A stretch of 32,000 bases of DNA from Thermodesulfobium acidiphilum (GTDB taxonomy: Bacteria; Thermodesulfobiota; Thermodesulfobiia; Thermodesulfobiales; Thermodesulfobiaceae). Shown here piece by piece: positions 16,916 to 27,878 of this stretch. The DNA lies in the NCBI RefSeq assembly GCF_003057965.1, contig NZ_CP020921.1:514916-546915 (forward strand). Reading direction: 5' to 3'. Under the pieces are notes generated by a model. It was not told the DNA's origin and ran no database searches. It saw only the letters and a list, made by a program, of their open reading frames with translations. Position 1 is the first letter of the stretch. Each line of letters opens with the position of its first letter. Made by a program: the position numbers and the translations under genes.

Positions 16916-17458
16916 ATGAGCAGTAACTATGTTTTAGCCAAAAGATACGCAAGAGCTTTTTTGTCTATTCTCAAGGAAAACAAGAGAAGCCTGCAAGATG
17001 TTGTTGACGAAACAAAAACCCTTCTTAAGAGCTTTAAAGAAACAGGACTTGATAAGATAATCTTAAATCCTGTTCTAGATCTTGGTACCAAGAAGGAGTT
17101 AATCGAACCTTTAAAAAACAATATTTCAAGTGATATTTTTTCTTTGCTAGAATTTCTTATAGATAAAAATAGATTTTTTTTACTTCCTTTTATACTCCAA
17201 TCTTTAGAGGAGACTTTGAATGAAGAAAGTGGAAGAATTGTTGCCAATCTTGAAGTGGCCACTCCATTAACTGACGAATTAAAATCAAAATTTATAGAGT
17301 ACTTTAAGAAGAAATTTAATGCTAAAACAGTAGATATTGTAGAAGTTGTTAACGAAAAGATTATTGGTGGTTTTAGAGCAAAGATTGGAGATTATCTTAT
17401 TGATGCAAGTATTAAGGGGTCCTTGGATAAGGCCAAGAGACTTCTTTTAACCAATTGA
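16916..17458 (+). CDS. atpH: F-type ATP synthase subunit delta (OSCP)
   Basis: The N-terminal LAKRYARAF and C-terminal [22 protein letters not shown] are typical OSCP motifs, and the operon position fits. Confidence 0.8.
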   Translation: MSSNYVLAKRYARAFLSILKENKRSLQDVVDETKTLLKSFKETGLDKIILNPVLDLGTKKELIEPLKNNISSDIFSLLEFLIDKNRFFLLPFILQSLEETLNEESGRIVANLEVATPLTDELKSKFIEYFKKKFNAKTVDIVEVVNEKIIGGFRAKIGDYLIDASIKGSLDKAKRLLLTN

Positions 17459-17475
17459 AGGGAGGTGTTGTTTTT

Positions 17476-18990
17476 TTGAAGATAAGGGCTGAAGAAATTA
17501 CTGATGTAATAAAAAAGCAGTTATCTAACATAAAGGCTGAGCCAGAATCTGCATTAGTTGGCACAATTATATCTGTTGGTGACGGAGTAGCAAGGATTTG
17601 GGGATTAAAAGATGCTATGATGTCTGAGCTCTTAGAATTTCCAAATGACGTTTATGGGATTGTGTTTAACCTTGAAGAAGACTCTGTTGGTGCAATTATC
17701 TTAGGTGATGACTCAAAGTTAAATGAGGGTGATACAGTTAAATCAACTGGAAGGGTTATATCGGTTCCCGTTGGTCCAGAGCTGGTAGGTAGAGTGGTCG
17801 ATGCTTTAGGAAGGCCCCTTGATGGTAAGGGACCCATCAATGCAAAGAAGTATAGGGTAATAGAAAGAGTAGCCCCTGGCGTAATTACCAGACAATCAGT
17901 AAACCAACCCGTACAAACAGGTATTAAAGCTATAGATGGCATGATTCCTATAGGTAGGGGTCAAAGAGAGCTTGTAATTGGTGATAGACAAACTGGTAAA
18001 ACAGCTATTTGTGTTGATACGATCCTTAATCAAAAAGATCAGAATATGATATGTATTTATGTAGCAATAGGCCAAAAAGCTTCAACTGTCGCAACTATTA
18101 TTAAGACATTGGAAGATAATGGTGCAATGGACTATACAATTGTTGTAGTAGCAAATGCTTCTGATGCCGCTGCTCTTCAATACATTGCGCCATTTAGCGG
18201 TTGCGCAATGGGTGAAGAATTTATGGAGCAGGGTAAGGACGCTTTAATAATCTACGATGACCTTTCTAAGCATGCATGGGCATATAGACAGGTTTCACTT
18301 CTTTTAAGAAGGCCACCTGGTCGTGAGGCTTATCCAGGTGACGTATTTTATTTGCACTCCAGGCTTCTTGAAAGAGCGGCAAAGCTCAATAAAAATTATG
18401 GGGGTGGCAGTTTAACTGCACTACCAATAATTGAAACGCAAGCAGGTGACGTTACGGCTTATATACCCACTAACGTTATTTCTATTACAGATGGTCAGAT
18501 ATACCTTGAGCCAGAACTTTTCTATGCGGGCGTTAGACCTGCTGTAAACGTAGGTCTTTCTGTTTCTCGTGTAGGTGGCTCGGCGCAAACAAAAGCTATG
18601 AAGCAAGTTGCAGGTAGATTAAGACTTGAACTAGCACAGTACCGTGAGTTAGCTGCATTTGCTCAGTTTGCTTCTGATCTTGACCCAGCTACGAAACAGG
18701 TTTTGACTCGTGGTGAAAAGCTTGTTGAGCTTTTAAAACAGCCTCAATATCTGACTTTTTCTCTTTGGAAAGAAGTGTGTTCTATATTTTCAGGAGTTCG
18801 TGGATTCCTTGATGATATTAATACTGAGGATATTCAAAGATTTGAAAAAGAACTTCTATCTTATATCGAAGCTCACAATCAGGATATTATTGAAGCAATA
18901 ACAAAAGAAAAGGCAATTTCAAAAGAGACAGAAGAAAAACTTGAGAAAGCAATCAAAGAATTCAAAGCTCTTTTTGTAGGCGGTAAATAA
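17476..18990 (+). CDS. atpA: F-type ATP synthase subunit alpha
   Basis: The P-loop GDRQTGKT is present and conservation runs the full length. I prefer TTG 17476, which gives the canonical N-terminus [16 protein letters not shown] and has GGGAGGTG 8 nt upstream. The listed start is TTG 17455. Confidence 0.95.
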   Translation: MKIRAEEITDVIKKQLSNIKAEPESALVGTIISVGDGVARIWGLKDAMMSELLEFPNDVYGIVFNLEEDSVGAIILGDDSKLNEGDTVKSTGRVISVPVGPELVGRVVDALGRPLDGKGPINAKKYRVIERVAPGVITRQSVNQPVQTGIKAIDGMIPIGRGQRELVIGDRQTGKTAICVDTILNQKDQNMICIYVAIGQKASTVATIIKTLEDNGAMDYTIVVVANASDAAALQYIAPFSGCAMGEEFMEQGKDALIIYDDLSKHAWAYRQVSLLLRRPPGREAYPGDVFYLHSRLLERAAKLNKNYGGGSLTALPIIETQAGDVTAYIPTNVISITDGQIYLEPELFYAGVRPAVNVGLSVSRVGGSAQTKAMKQVAGRLRLELAQYRELAAFAQFASDLDPATKQVLTRGEKLVELLKQPQYLTFSLWKEVCSIFSGVRGFLDDINTEDIQRFEKELLSYIEAHNQDIIEAITKEKAISKETEEKLEKAIKEFKALFVGGK

Positions 18991-18991
18991 A

Positions 18992-21284
<2,293 letters not shown>

Positions 21285-21296
21285 GGGTGAATATAA

Positions 21297-21725
21297 ATGA
21301 GATTGTTAATCTTAACCCCTGAGGGTGTTGTAGTTGATGAAGAGGTAACGTTTGTTTCAGCAATGGGAGAAGAGGGCTCGCTTGGTATTATGCCCAGACA
21401 TGCACCGCTTGTTACCACTTTAAAGGTAGATGTGATAGAATTTGTTAAAGAGAATTCTGATAGAGAAGTAGTAGCTGCCATCGGAGGAATTCTCGAAGTT
21501 AAAGATAATAAAGTAACAGTTCTGTCTGATGCTGCAGAACTTGCTGTAGATATAGATGAGTTGAGGGCTAAAGAGGCTGAAAAAAGAGCGAGGGCAAGAT
21601 TAACCATGAAAACAGAAGAGGTAGATGTGAAGAGAGCAGAAGCTGCGCTTGCAAGGGCGCTTGCAAGACTTAAGGCAATCGAACTGTTGAATAGAAGAAG
21701 TGGAAGTAGGAAAAGAGGTGCATAA
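21297..21725 (+). CDS. atpC: F-type ATP synthase subunit epsilon
   Basis: Motifs: ILTPEG, EGSLGIMPRHAPLVTTL, plus a C-terminal helical hairpin rich in A/R/E. Confidence 0.9.
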   Translation: MRLLILTPEGVVVDEEVTFVSAMGEEGSLGIMPRHAPLVTTLKVDVIEFVKENSDREVVAAIGGILEVKDNKVTVLSDAAELAVDIDELRAKEAEKRARARLTMKTEEVDVKRAEAALARALARLKAIELLNRRSGSRKRGA

Positions 21726-21730
21726 GGAGT

Positions 21731-23029
21731 ATTTTAGAAACGAATAATTGCAATGGAAATTTTTCTAAACAATATTATAGAATTTGTGGCGGTAATTCTT
21801 TATCAGGTTCTGTAAAAATTAGTGGTTCGAAAAATGGGTCGCTGCCTATTATGGCGGCGGCTCTATTATTCAATTCACCTGTATTTTTGTCTAATATCCC
21901 ATATTTATTGGACGTTAATACTATGGCTAAGATAATTTCCAGTCTTGGGGGCAAAGTTGATTTTAGAGGAAATTCAGAGATTTTAATTGATCCCTCGAAC
22001 GTTTCAAGATACGATCCTCCTTTGGAACCTGTTATTGCTATGAGGGCTTCTTTTTTGGTTGCAGGGGCACTTCTTGCAAGATTTGGTAGAGCAAAGGTAG
22101 CTCTTCCGGGTGGTTGTGCTATTGGTTCGAGACCTGTCGATATTCATCTTAAGGGTTTTGAGGCTCTGGGCGTAAAAAGATCAATTGAACATGGTTTTGT
22201 GAATCTTGAATGCGATAAGCTTAAAGGCGCAAATATTTATTTGTCTTATCCAAGCGTGGGTGCTACTGAAAATTTGATTATGGCATCTGTATTTGCAGAG
22301 GGTATGACAGTTATTGATAATGCTGCAAAAGAGCCGGAGATACTGGGTCTTTCTGAATTTCTAAATTTATGTGGCGCAAAAATTAGAGGGGCGGGTTCAA
22401 GGACTATTGAAATTGAGGGAGTAAAATCTCTTAAACCGATCGATAATTATACGATTATACCTGATCGTATTGAAGCTGGTACTTTAATGCTCGCGGGAGC
22501 AATAACGCGTGGCGATATCCTGGTAGAGAATATAAGCTCTGATTATTTGAGCTCAGTTATTGAAAAGATGATTGAAGCAGGCATTGAAGTTTTGCCAGAG
22601 AAAAACGGTATCAGGGTAAGATGTAATAATAGACCTAAGCCAGTAACAATAAAAACATCTCCACATCCTGGATTTCCTACAGATATGCAGGCGCAATTTA
22701 TGGCCCTTCTATCACTTGGGGAGGGTACTTCTGTTATAACAGAAATGGTTTTTGAAAATAGGTATTTGCATGCTGAGGAACTGAGCAGATTGGGCGCAGA
22801 TATCAGGGTTGATGGAAGGACTGCAGTTGTTGTAGGGGTTGATCATTTGTCTGGTGCGCCAGTAAGAGCTCTTGATTTGAGAGCGGGTGCTGCACTTGTA
22901 ATTGCTGGATTGATGGCAGAAGGTGAGACTAGAGTCTTTGGGTTGTCACATCTTAATCGTGGCTATGAAAATTTGGAAATAAAACTCAGTAACTTGGGTG
23001 CATGTATATCAAAAGAAGTTCTACCCTAA
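21731..23029 (+). CDS. murA: UDP-N-acetylglucosamine 1-carboxyvinyltransferase; 5' end unresolved (non-canonical start or frameshift)
   Basis: Listed ORF 21851..23029 begins at the Met inside the conserved ISGSKNGSLPIMAAALL. The same frame is open back to 21710 and encodes RICGGNSLSGSVKISGSKNGSLPI, the MurA N-terminal strand plus the Lys loop, with no in-frame ATG/GTG/TTG. Downstream motifs (PGGCAIGSRPVD, FPTDMQAQ) confirm MurA. The given start is a candidate ATT; the alternative is ATG 21753 in another frame plus a -1 shift. Confidence 0.85.
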   Translation: MLETNNCNGNFSKQYYRICGGNSLSGSVKISGSKNGSLPIMAAALLFNSPVFLSNIPYLLDVNTMAKIISSLGGKVDFRGNSEILIDPSNVSRYDPPLEPVIAMRASFLVAGALLARFGRAKVALPGGCAIGSRPVDIHLKGFEALGVKRSIEHGFVNLECDKLKGANIYLSYPSVGATENLIMASVFAEGMTVIDNAAKEPEILGLSEFLNLCGAKIRGAGSRTIEIEGVKSLKPIDNYTIIPDRIEAGTLMLAGAITRGDILVENISSDYLSSVIEKMIEAGIEVLPEKNGIRVRCNNRPKPVTIKTSPHPGFPTDMQAQFMALLSLGEGTSVITEMVFENRYLHAEELSRLGADIRVDGRTAVVVGVDHLSGAPVRALDLRAGAALVIAGLMAEGETRVFGLSHLNRGYENLEIKLSNLGACISKEVLP

Positions 23030-23041
23030 TTCGAGGTGAGT

Positions 23042-24112
23042 ATGAAAAGAGTTTGGATAAAAAATACTATTTCTTTTTATGAGAAATTGATAAATTCCTT
23101 TTTGTTTTCTACAAAAATCCTTTTTTATGCTTTTTTTGTTTTTTGTATATTGTTTTTTTATCAAAATAATTCTTATGCTTTTACTGAGAACGAATATGTT
23201 ATTAATAATGCACATTTATATGTGTTTAAATTTAATCCAAAAGAAGTTCGAATAATACCTTACTTAAATGATTATCCCATTAGAGCAATAGACGTGGTTA
23301 ACTACTATAACCCCTTTTTACTTGTAAACGGAACGTTTTTTTATTCTAATAAGCTTTTAGGTGCTCTATACATGCATGGTGAACCTCAGTCATATATGGG
23401 CGATAATAGAGCAACATTTTTTTATTATAAGAATAATACTGCAAGTATAAATTATTTAAAATATAGAGTGAAGCTCAATATTTGTAGTTCTTCTTCAAAA
23501 TGCAAGGTATTATACCTTGATGGGATAAATAGACCACAAAATTATTACGAAAACATATTGTATACGAATGGATATTTAAGGCCCGTTTTACCCACTTCAG
23601 GCATATTAATAAAAATAAATGAGGATGGTACTTTCGAATATTTGTATACTAGAAGTGCATTGCCAACTAAAGGAGGATATATATTATTAGCCAATCATGA
23701 CTTGGACGTATTAAATAACCTTGTGCCTACAGATACAATTAGAGTAAGTGTAGAACCAATAATAAATAGTAATTTGGATTTCTATATTTCTGGTGGTCCT
23801 ATGTTGCTTTATAATGGGCAAAATATTGCCATTCAATCATCTGAAAAAGAATATATAGCAAATGATATTAAGATAGGAAATCGCATGAGAACTGGTTTGG
23901 GAATTGATGCATCATCTAATATTTATGTTTTTTCTGTTTCTTGGCCAGGTTGTACTTTGAATGAGCTTGCAAACTCTTTGGAAAAACTTGGCTTAAAAGA
24001 GGCCATGCTTTTGGATGGTGGATATTCTTCTGTACTTTATGCCAAAAATAGATTTTTGGTTGGGAGTGAAGCAAGGGCGAATATTTCTTATTTGATGTTT
24101 TTTACGAATTAG
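23042..24112 (+). CDS. Phosphodiester glycosidase family protein (NAGPA-like, DUF2233), membrane-anchored
   Basis: C-terminal pattern: ISGGPMLLYNGQ, RTGLGID, GCTLNELANSLEKLGLKEAMLLDGGYSSVLY. N-terminal TM: ILFYAFFVFCILFFY. ATG 23042 follows GAGGTGA; the listed start is GTG 23036. Confidence 0.65.
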   Translation: MKRVWIKNTISFYEKLINSFLFSTKILFYAFFVFCILFFYQNNSYAFTENEYVINNAHLYVFKFNPKEVRIIPYLNDYPIRAIDVVNYYNPFLLVNGTFFYSNKLLGALYMHGEPQSYMGDNRATFFYYKNNTASINYLKYRVKLNICSSSSKCKVLYLDGINRPQNYYENILYTNGYLRPVLPTSGILIKINEDGTFEYLYTRSALPTKGGYILLANHDLDVLNNLVPTDTIRVSVEPIINSNLDFYISGGPMLLYNGQNIAIQSSEKEYIANDIKIGNRMRTGLGIDASSNIYVFSVSWPGCTLNELANSLEKLGLKEAMLLDGGYSSVLYAKNRFLVGSEARANISYLMFFTN

Positions 24113-24168
24113 TTTGTATAATATATTTATTGAGTTTTATATTCTTAAAATACAAAGGGGTAGAAAAG

Positions 24169-25569
24169 TTGAATATAAAATTTGGAACTGATGGTTGGAG
24201 AGCAAAAATTGCTCAGGATTATACTTTTGAAAATCTTGAAAAAGTATCATTGGCATTAGCAATTACCTTAGAAGAAGAAAATCCCTTAAATAAAACTTGT
24301 GTTATTGGTTATGATACAAGGTTTTTCTCAGAAGATTTTGCAAAACACGTTGCTGAAATCTTGTCAGGTGTAGGTTTTGACGTAATAATTTCTGATAATT
24401 TTATCCCAACTCCTACACTTGCATTTTCTGTTAAAGACAAGGCATGTGCGGTGGGCATAATGATAACTGCAAGTCATAATCCGTATAATTATAATGGCTT
24501 TAAAATAAAGCAAAGCTTTGGCGGTTCTGCATCTAAAGATTTCACATCAAAGGTCGAATCCAATCTGGGAAAAATTAAAACTTATAGATTTAGCAATGAA
24601 AAGAAGAAAATTAGAGTGCAAAATCTTTTTGAAAATTATAAAAATTCTCTATTAAAATTTATTGATATCAATGCCATTAAAGAGTCAGGCATTAAAGTTG
24701 CTGTTGATTGCATGAATGGTGCAGGTTCGGGGTATCTTTCAAAACTTTTATCTAATCTAAATATAAATGTATTTCCTGTAAGAAATGAAAAAGACCCATA
24801 CTTTAATGGGTCGAGACCTGAGCCAATTCCTCAACTTTTGGGTCCACTTTCGTATGAAGTTTTTTCTAAATCATTAAATTTAGGTACAGCTCTTGACGGT
24901 GATGGAGATAGGGTGGCATCTTGCGATGCTTCTGGTACTGTTTTTACATCTCAACAAACCTATGCTTTATTGCTCAATCATTTGGTTACAAATAGAAAGC
25001 TGAAAGGAAAAGTTCTCAAGAATTTTGCCGTGAGCGTTTTGGTTGATAAATTATGTAAGCACTACAATATAGAATTTGAAATATTGCCAGTTGGCTTTAA
25101 ATATATTTGTTCTAAGATGATTAGCGAAGGCAATATCTTAATGGGGGGAGAAGAGAGTGGAGGCTTTGGTTTTCTTGGGCACATTCCGGATAGAGATGGT
25201 TTTTTGTCTTCTCTTTATTTGATCGAATCTGTTGTTGTTACAAAGAAATCTTTAATGGAACAACTTGATGAGATATATGATAAAGTTGGTTTTTTTGAAT
25301 ATGATAGATACGATCTAAAATTAGAAATTTCAGTCGAAGAGGTAAGAAAGAGAATTAAAGATCTAATTGAAAATCCGGCAAAGAAGATTAATGATAAAAA
25401 AGTTTTTGAAATTTCTACTATTGATGGAATTAAATATATTTTAGAAGATGAAAGTTGGCTTTTGATAAGGCCATCTGGAACTGAGCCTGTGATTAGAATC
25501 TACGCAGAAGGGAAAAGCATCTACGAAGTTAAAGCTTTAATCAGGTTTGGTACAAAACTTTTTCAATGA
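24169..25569 (+). CDS. Alpha-D-phosphohexomutase (phosphomannomutase/phosphoglucomutase type)
   Basis: Motifs: active-site Ser loop GIMITASHNPYNYNGFK, metal loop ALDGDGDRV, sugar loop GGEESGG, phosphate loop IRPSGTEPVIRIY. I prefer TTG 24169 (MNIKFGTDGWR, GGGG 8 nt upstream) over the listed TTG 24130. Confidence 0.85.
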   Translation: MNIKFGTDGWRAKIAQDYTFENLEKVSLALAITLEEENPLNKTCVIGYDTRFFSEDFAKHVAEILSGVGFDVIISDNFIPTPTLAFSVKDKACAVGIMITASHNPYNYNGFKIKQSFGGSASKDFTSKVESNLGKIKTYRFSNEKKKIRVQNLFENYKNSLLKFIDINAIKESGIKVAVDCMNGAGSGYLSKLLSNLNINVFPVRNEKDPYFNGSRPEPIPQLLGPLSYEVFSKSLNLGTALDGDGDRVASCDASGTVFTSQQTYALLLNHLVTNRKLKGKVLKNFAVSVLVDKLCKHYNIEFEILPVGFKYICSKMISEGNILMGGEESGGFGFLGHIPDRDGFLSSLYLIESVVVTKKSLMEQLDEIYDKVGFFEYDRYDLKLEISVEEVRKRIKDLIENPAKKINDKKVFEISTIDGIKYILEDESWLLIRPSGTEPVIRIYAEGKSIYEVKALIRFGTKLFQ

Positions 25570-25585
25570 AATTAAACTAGGAAAA

Positions 25586-27259
25586 CTATTTAATATTTAG
25601 CGCAATGGCCTGTACAAAAATAGCTGGGTATTTCCTATATTGACTGAAAACTAATTCTTTTATTGAATTAGAGATTTTATCTTCAAGTTTTTGAGTATTT
25701 TCTATTTTTGGACTCTTTAAAAAGAAAGAATATATTGCCGATTCAATTTCTTTTTGAATAATATTATCATGATTTTTCAAACCTAATGTCTTTATTCTTG
25801 GTTCGGCTAATATTTTGAACCTTTCTGGATCAAATGTTAATGATATCAAAATTAACCCTTCTTCTAATAATTTTTTTCTTTCAAGGAAAGAACTTTTATT
25901 AAATTCAATTATTTCTGAACCGCTTGCAATCATATTTCTAATTGCGATTTCATCAACTATTTTAACTTCTCCATTATTCAACTCAACGACTGCTCCATTT
26001 TTTGCCAATATGATATTTTTTTCAGAGTAATTAAGATTTTGGGCAAGATCAGAAAAATGCTTCATATGTCTAAATTCGCCGTGAAATGGTAAGAGATTTT
26101 TTGGTTTTACTAAATTTATGAGGAGCTTTATATCTTCTTTAGAACCGTGTCCTGATACATGCACCTTGTGATTTGGTTCGTATAAAACTTCAGCTCCCAA
26201 CTTAAATAGTTTATTTATGGTCTTGTTGACGAGAGTTTCATTGCCTGGAATTGGTGATGCTGAAATAATAACAGTGTCATTTGGAAAGATTTTAACGTCT
26301 TTATGATTGTTATTTGCTATTCTTGTTAGAACTGAAAGAGGTTCACCTTGACTTCCTGTTGTGATTATTGTGGTTTTTTCAAGTGGCTGATTTTTCAATT
26401 CATGCTGCTTTAACTGAAACTCTTCAGGAAAGGATAAATACCCTAGTTCTTTTGCTATTGATACAGTATTTACCATGCTTTTACCAAGAATACAAAATTT
26501 TCTGTCAAAAGCGATTGACGCGTTAATTGCTTGTTGTACTCTATGGATATTTGAAGCAAAAGTTGTAAGAATTATTCTTCCATTTACTTTCCTGAATACA
26601 TCAAAAAATTTTTCTCCTACTACCCTTTCAGATGGTGTAAAACCTTCTCTCTCAACGTTTGTAATGTCAAGTATCAGGAGGTCTATGCCCTTTGAACTAA
26701 TTGATACTAGTTTGCTGTATTCTGTTGTTTTTCTATCTATTGGAGTTTGATCGAATTTGAAATCGCCAGAATGAATTATTGTTCCATGTGGGGTATGAAT
26801 AGCATATCCTACTCCGTCAGGAATACTATGGTTGACGTGAAAGGATTCAACAAACATATCGTCAACAAAAATAATTTCATTTGAATTAATTTCATGAAAA
26901 GTTATATCCTTTGGGGATATTTTATAATCTCTTAACTTTGCCCTTACCATTCCGAGAGTTAATTTGGTTCCGTATATAGGTATGTTTACTTTTTTTAAAA
27001 GAAATGGAATTGCACCAATATGATCTTCATGCCCATGTGTGATGAAGAGGGCCTTTACCTTATCTTTTTTTTCAATTACGTATTGGAAATCAGCCGTTAA
27101 AAGAGAGGATTCGAAACTTGGATCGGGGAATTTTATTCCACAATCAAGTACAATAAGAGACCTTTCGCTTTCAAAAAGTGTCATATTTCTTCCAATTTCT
27201 TCGATTCCACCTAGTGGTATAATCTTGATGGGTGAGCTTTTTTTAGTAAAATTAAAAAT
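25586..27259 (-). CDS. rnj: Ribonuclease J (beta-CASP metallo-beta-lactamase RNase), proposed ATT start
   Basis: Motif: ITHGHEDHIGAIPFLL, with beta-CASP motifs downstream. Listed ORF 25586..27184 starts inside the conserved first strand. The frame continues upstream as FNFTKKSSPIKIIPLGGIEEIGRN with no ATG/GTG/TTG. AGGAGG (27271-27266) is followed by 6 nt and then ATT (27259-27257). This gives 557 aa, the usual RNase J length. Confidence 0.85.
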   Translation of the reverse strand: MFNFTKKSSPIKIIPLGGIEEIGRNMTLFESERSLIVLDCGIKFPDPSFESSLLTADFQYVIEKKDKVKALFITHGHEDHIGAIPFLLKKVNIPIYGTKLTLGMVRAKLRDYKISPKDITFHEINSNEIIFVDDMFVESFHVNHSIPDGVGYAIHTPHGTIIHSGDFKFDQTPIDRKTTEYSKLVSISSKGIDLLILDITNVEREGFTPSERVVGEKFFDVFRKVNGRIILTTFASNIHRVQQAINASIAFDRKFCILGKSMVNTVSIAKELGYLSFPEEFQLKQHELKNQPLEKTTIITTGSQGEPLSVLTRIANNNHKDVKIFPNDTVIISASPIPGNETLVNKTINKLFKLGAEVLYEPNHKVHVSGHGSKEDIKLLINLVKPKNLLPFHGEFRHMKHFSDLAQNLNYSEKNIILAKNGAVVELNNGEVKIVDEIAIRNMIASGSEIIEFNKSSFLERKKLLEEGLILISLTFDPERFKILAEPRIKTLGLKNHDNIIQKEIESAIYSFFLKSPKIENTQKLEDKISNSIKELVFSQYRKYPAIFVQAIALNIK

Positions 27260-27289
27260 GTATTTCCTCCTGTTAAATTTTAACTATTA

Positions 27290-27298
27290 TGATATAAT
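27290..27298 (+). promoter_or_regulatory. Candidate extended -10 promoter (TGaTATAAT) for rimP-nusA-infB
   Basis: It matches TGnTATAAT exactly, about 100 nt upstream of the rimP TTG. No convincing -35 was found. Confidence 0.35.
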
Positions 27299-27318
27299 AT
27301 TTTCAAATAAGATATTTT

Positions 27319-27327
27319 ATTATAACA
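27319..27327 (-). promoter_or_regulatory. Candidate extended -10 promoter (TGtTATAAT) for rnj
   Basis: It matches TGnTATAAT exactly on the minus strand, about 60 nt upstream of the proposed rnj ATT start. Confidence 0.3.
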
Positions 27328-27343
27328 TTTTAAGTTCTTAGTT

Positions 27344-27375
27344 AGAGTGGGTAATTACCCACTCTTTATGTTTTT
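27344..27375 (+). promoter_or_regulatory. Leader hairpin plus U-tract upstream of rimP (terminator/attenuator-like), or a 22-bp palindromic operator
   Basis: AGAGTGGGTAATTACCCACTCT (27344-27365) is a perfect 22-bp palindrome, followed on the plus strand by TTATGTTTTT (27366-27375). It lies between the candidate promoter and the rimP Shine-Dalgarno/TTG (27399). Confidence 0.4.
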
Positions 27376-27398
27376 AAAACCTGAAAGGAAGAAATTTT

Positions 27399-27878
27399 TT
27401 GAGATCGAAAGACATTAAAGAAAAACTACTTAATATAGTTGAAAAAGTATTGTTAGACATAGGATTTGAGCTCTATGATCTAGAATACTTTAAACAAGGC
27501 AAGAGATGGATATTAAGGGTATTCATCGATAACGTTGAAAAACCCGTTTCTCTTGATGATTGTGAGTTAGTATCAAAAAAATTAAGTGTTGTTTTGGATT
27601 ACTATGACATAATTCCTGAGAGTTTTTATCTTGAGGTATCTTCTCCAGGAATAGAAAGAAAATTAAAAAAAGATTCTGATTTTGTTAGATTCAAAGGAGA
27701 AGAAATAATAGTAACGTTCCAAAAACAAAATATCAATCCTATTATTGGTATACTTGAAGGAATTGATAGTGATGGTAATTATATTTTTGTAAACACTGAA
27801 AAATCTAAAGAAAAGATAAACCGAAATGATATAAAAGAAGTTAGAATACATTTCAGGTTTAAGGGAGATAAGCAATGA
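27399..27878 (+). CDS. rimP: Ribosome maturation factor RimP
   Basis: Motifs: LEVSSPGIERKL, FVRFKGEEIIV. The gene lies directly upstream of nusA with an ATGA overlap. Confidence 0.85.
   Translation: MRSKDIKEKLLNIVEKVLLDIGFELYDLEYFKQGKRWILRVFIDNVEKPVSLDDCELVSKKLSVVLDYYDIIPESFYLEVSSPGIERKLKKDSDFVRFKGEEIIVTFQKQNINPIIGILEGIDSDGNYIFVNTEKSKEKINRNDIKEVRIHFRFKGDKQ

Noticed and set aside
25586-27184. An interpretation of rnj as an N-terminally truncated gene or pseudogene.
   Set aside because: The upstream 25 codons are in frame, stop-free and match the conserved RNase J N-terminus. They are also preceded by AGGAGG-N6-ATT. An intact gene with a near-cognate start is more parsimonious.
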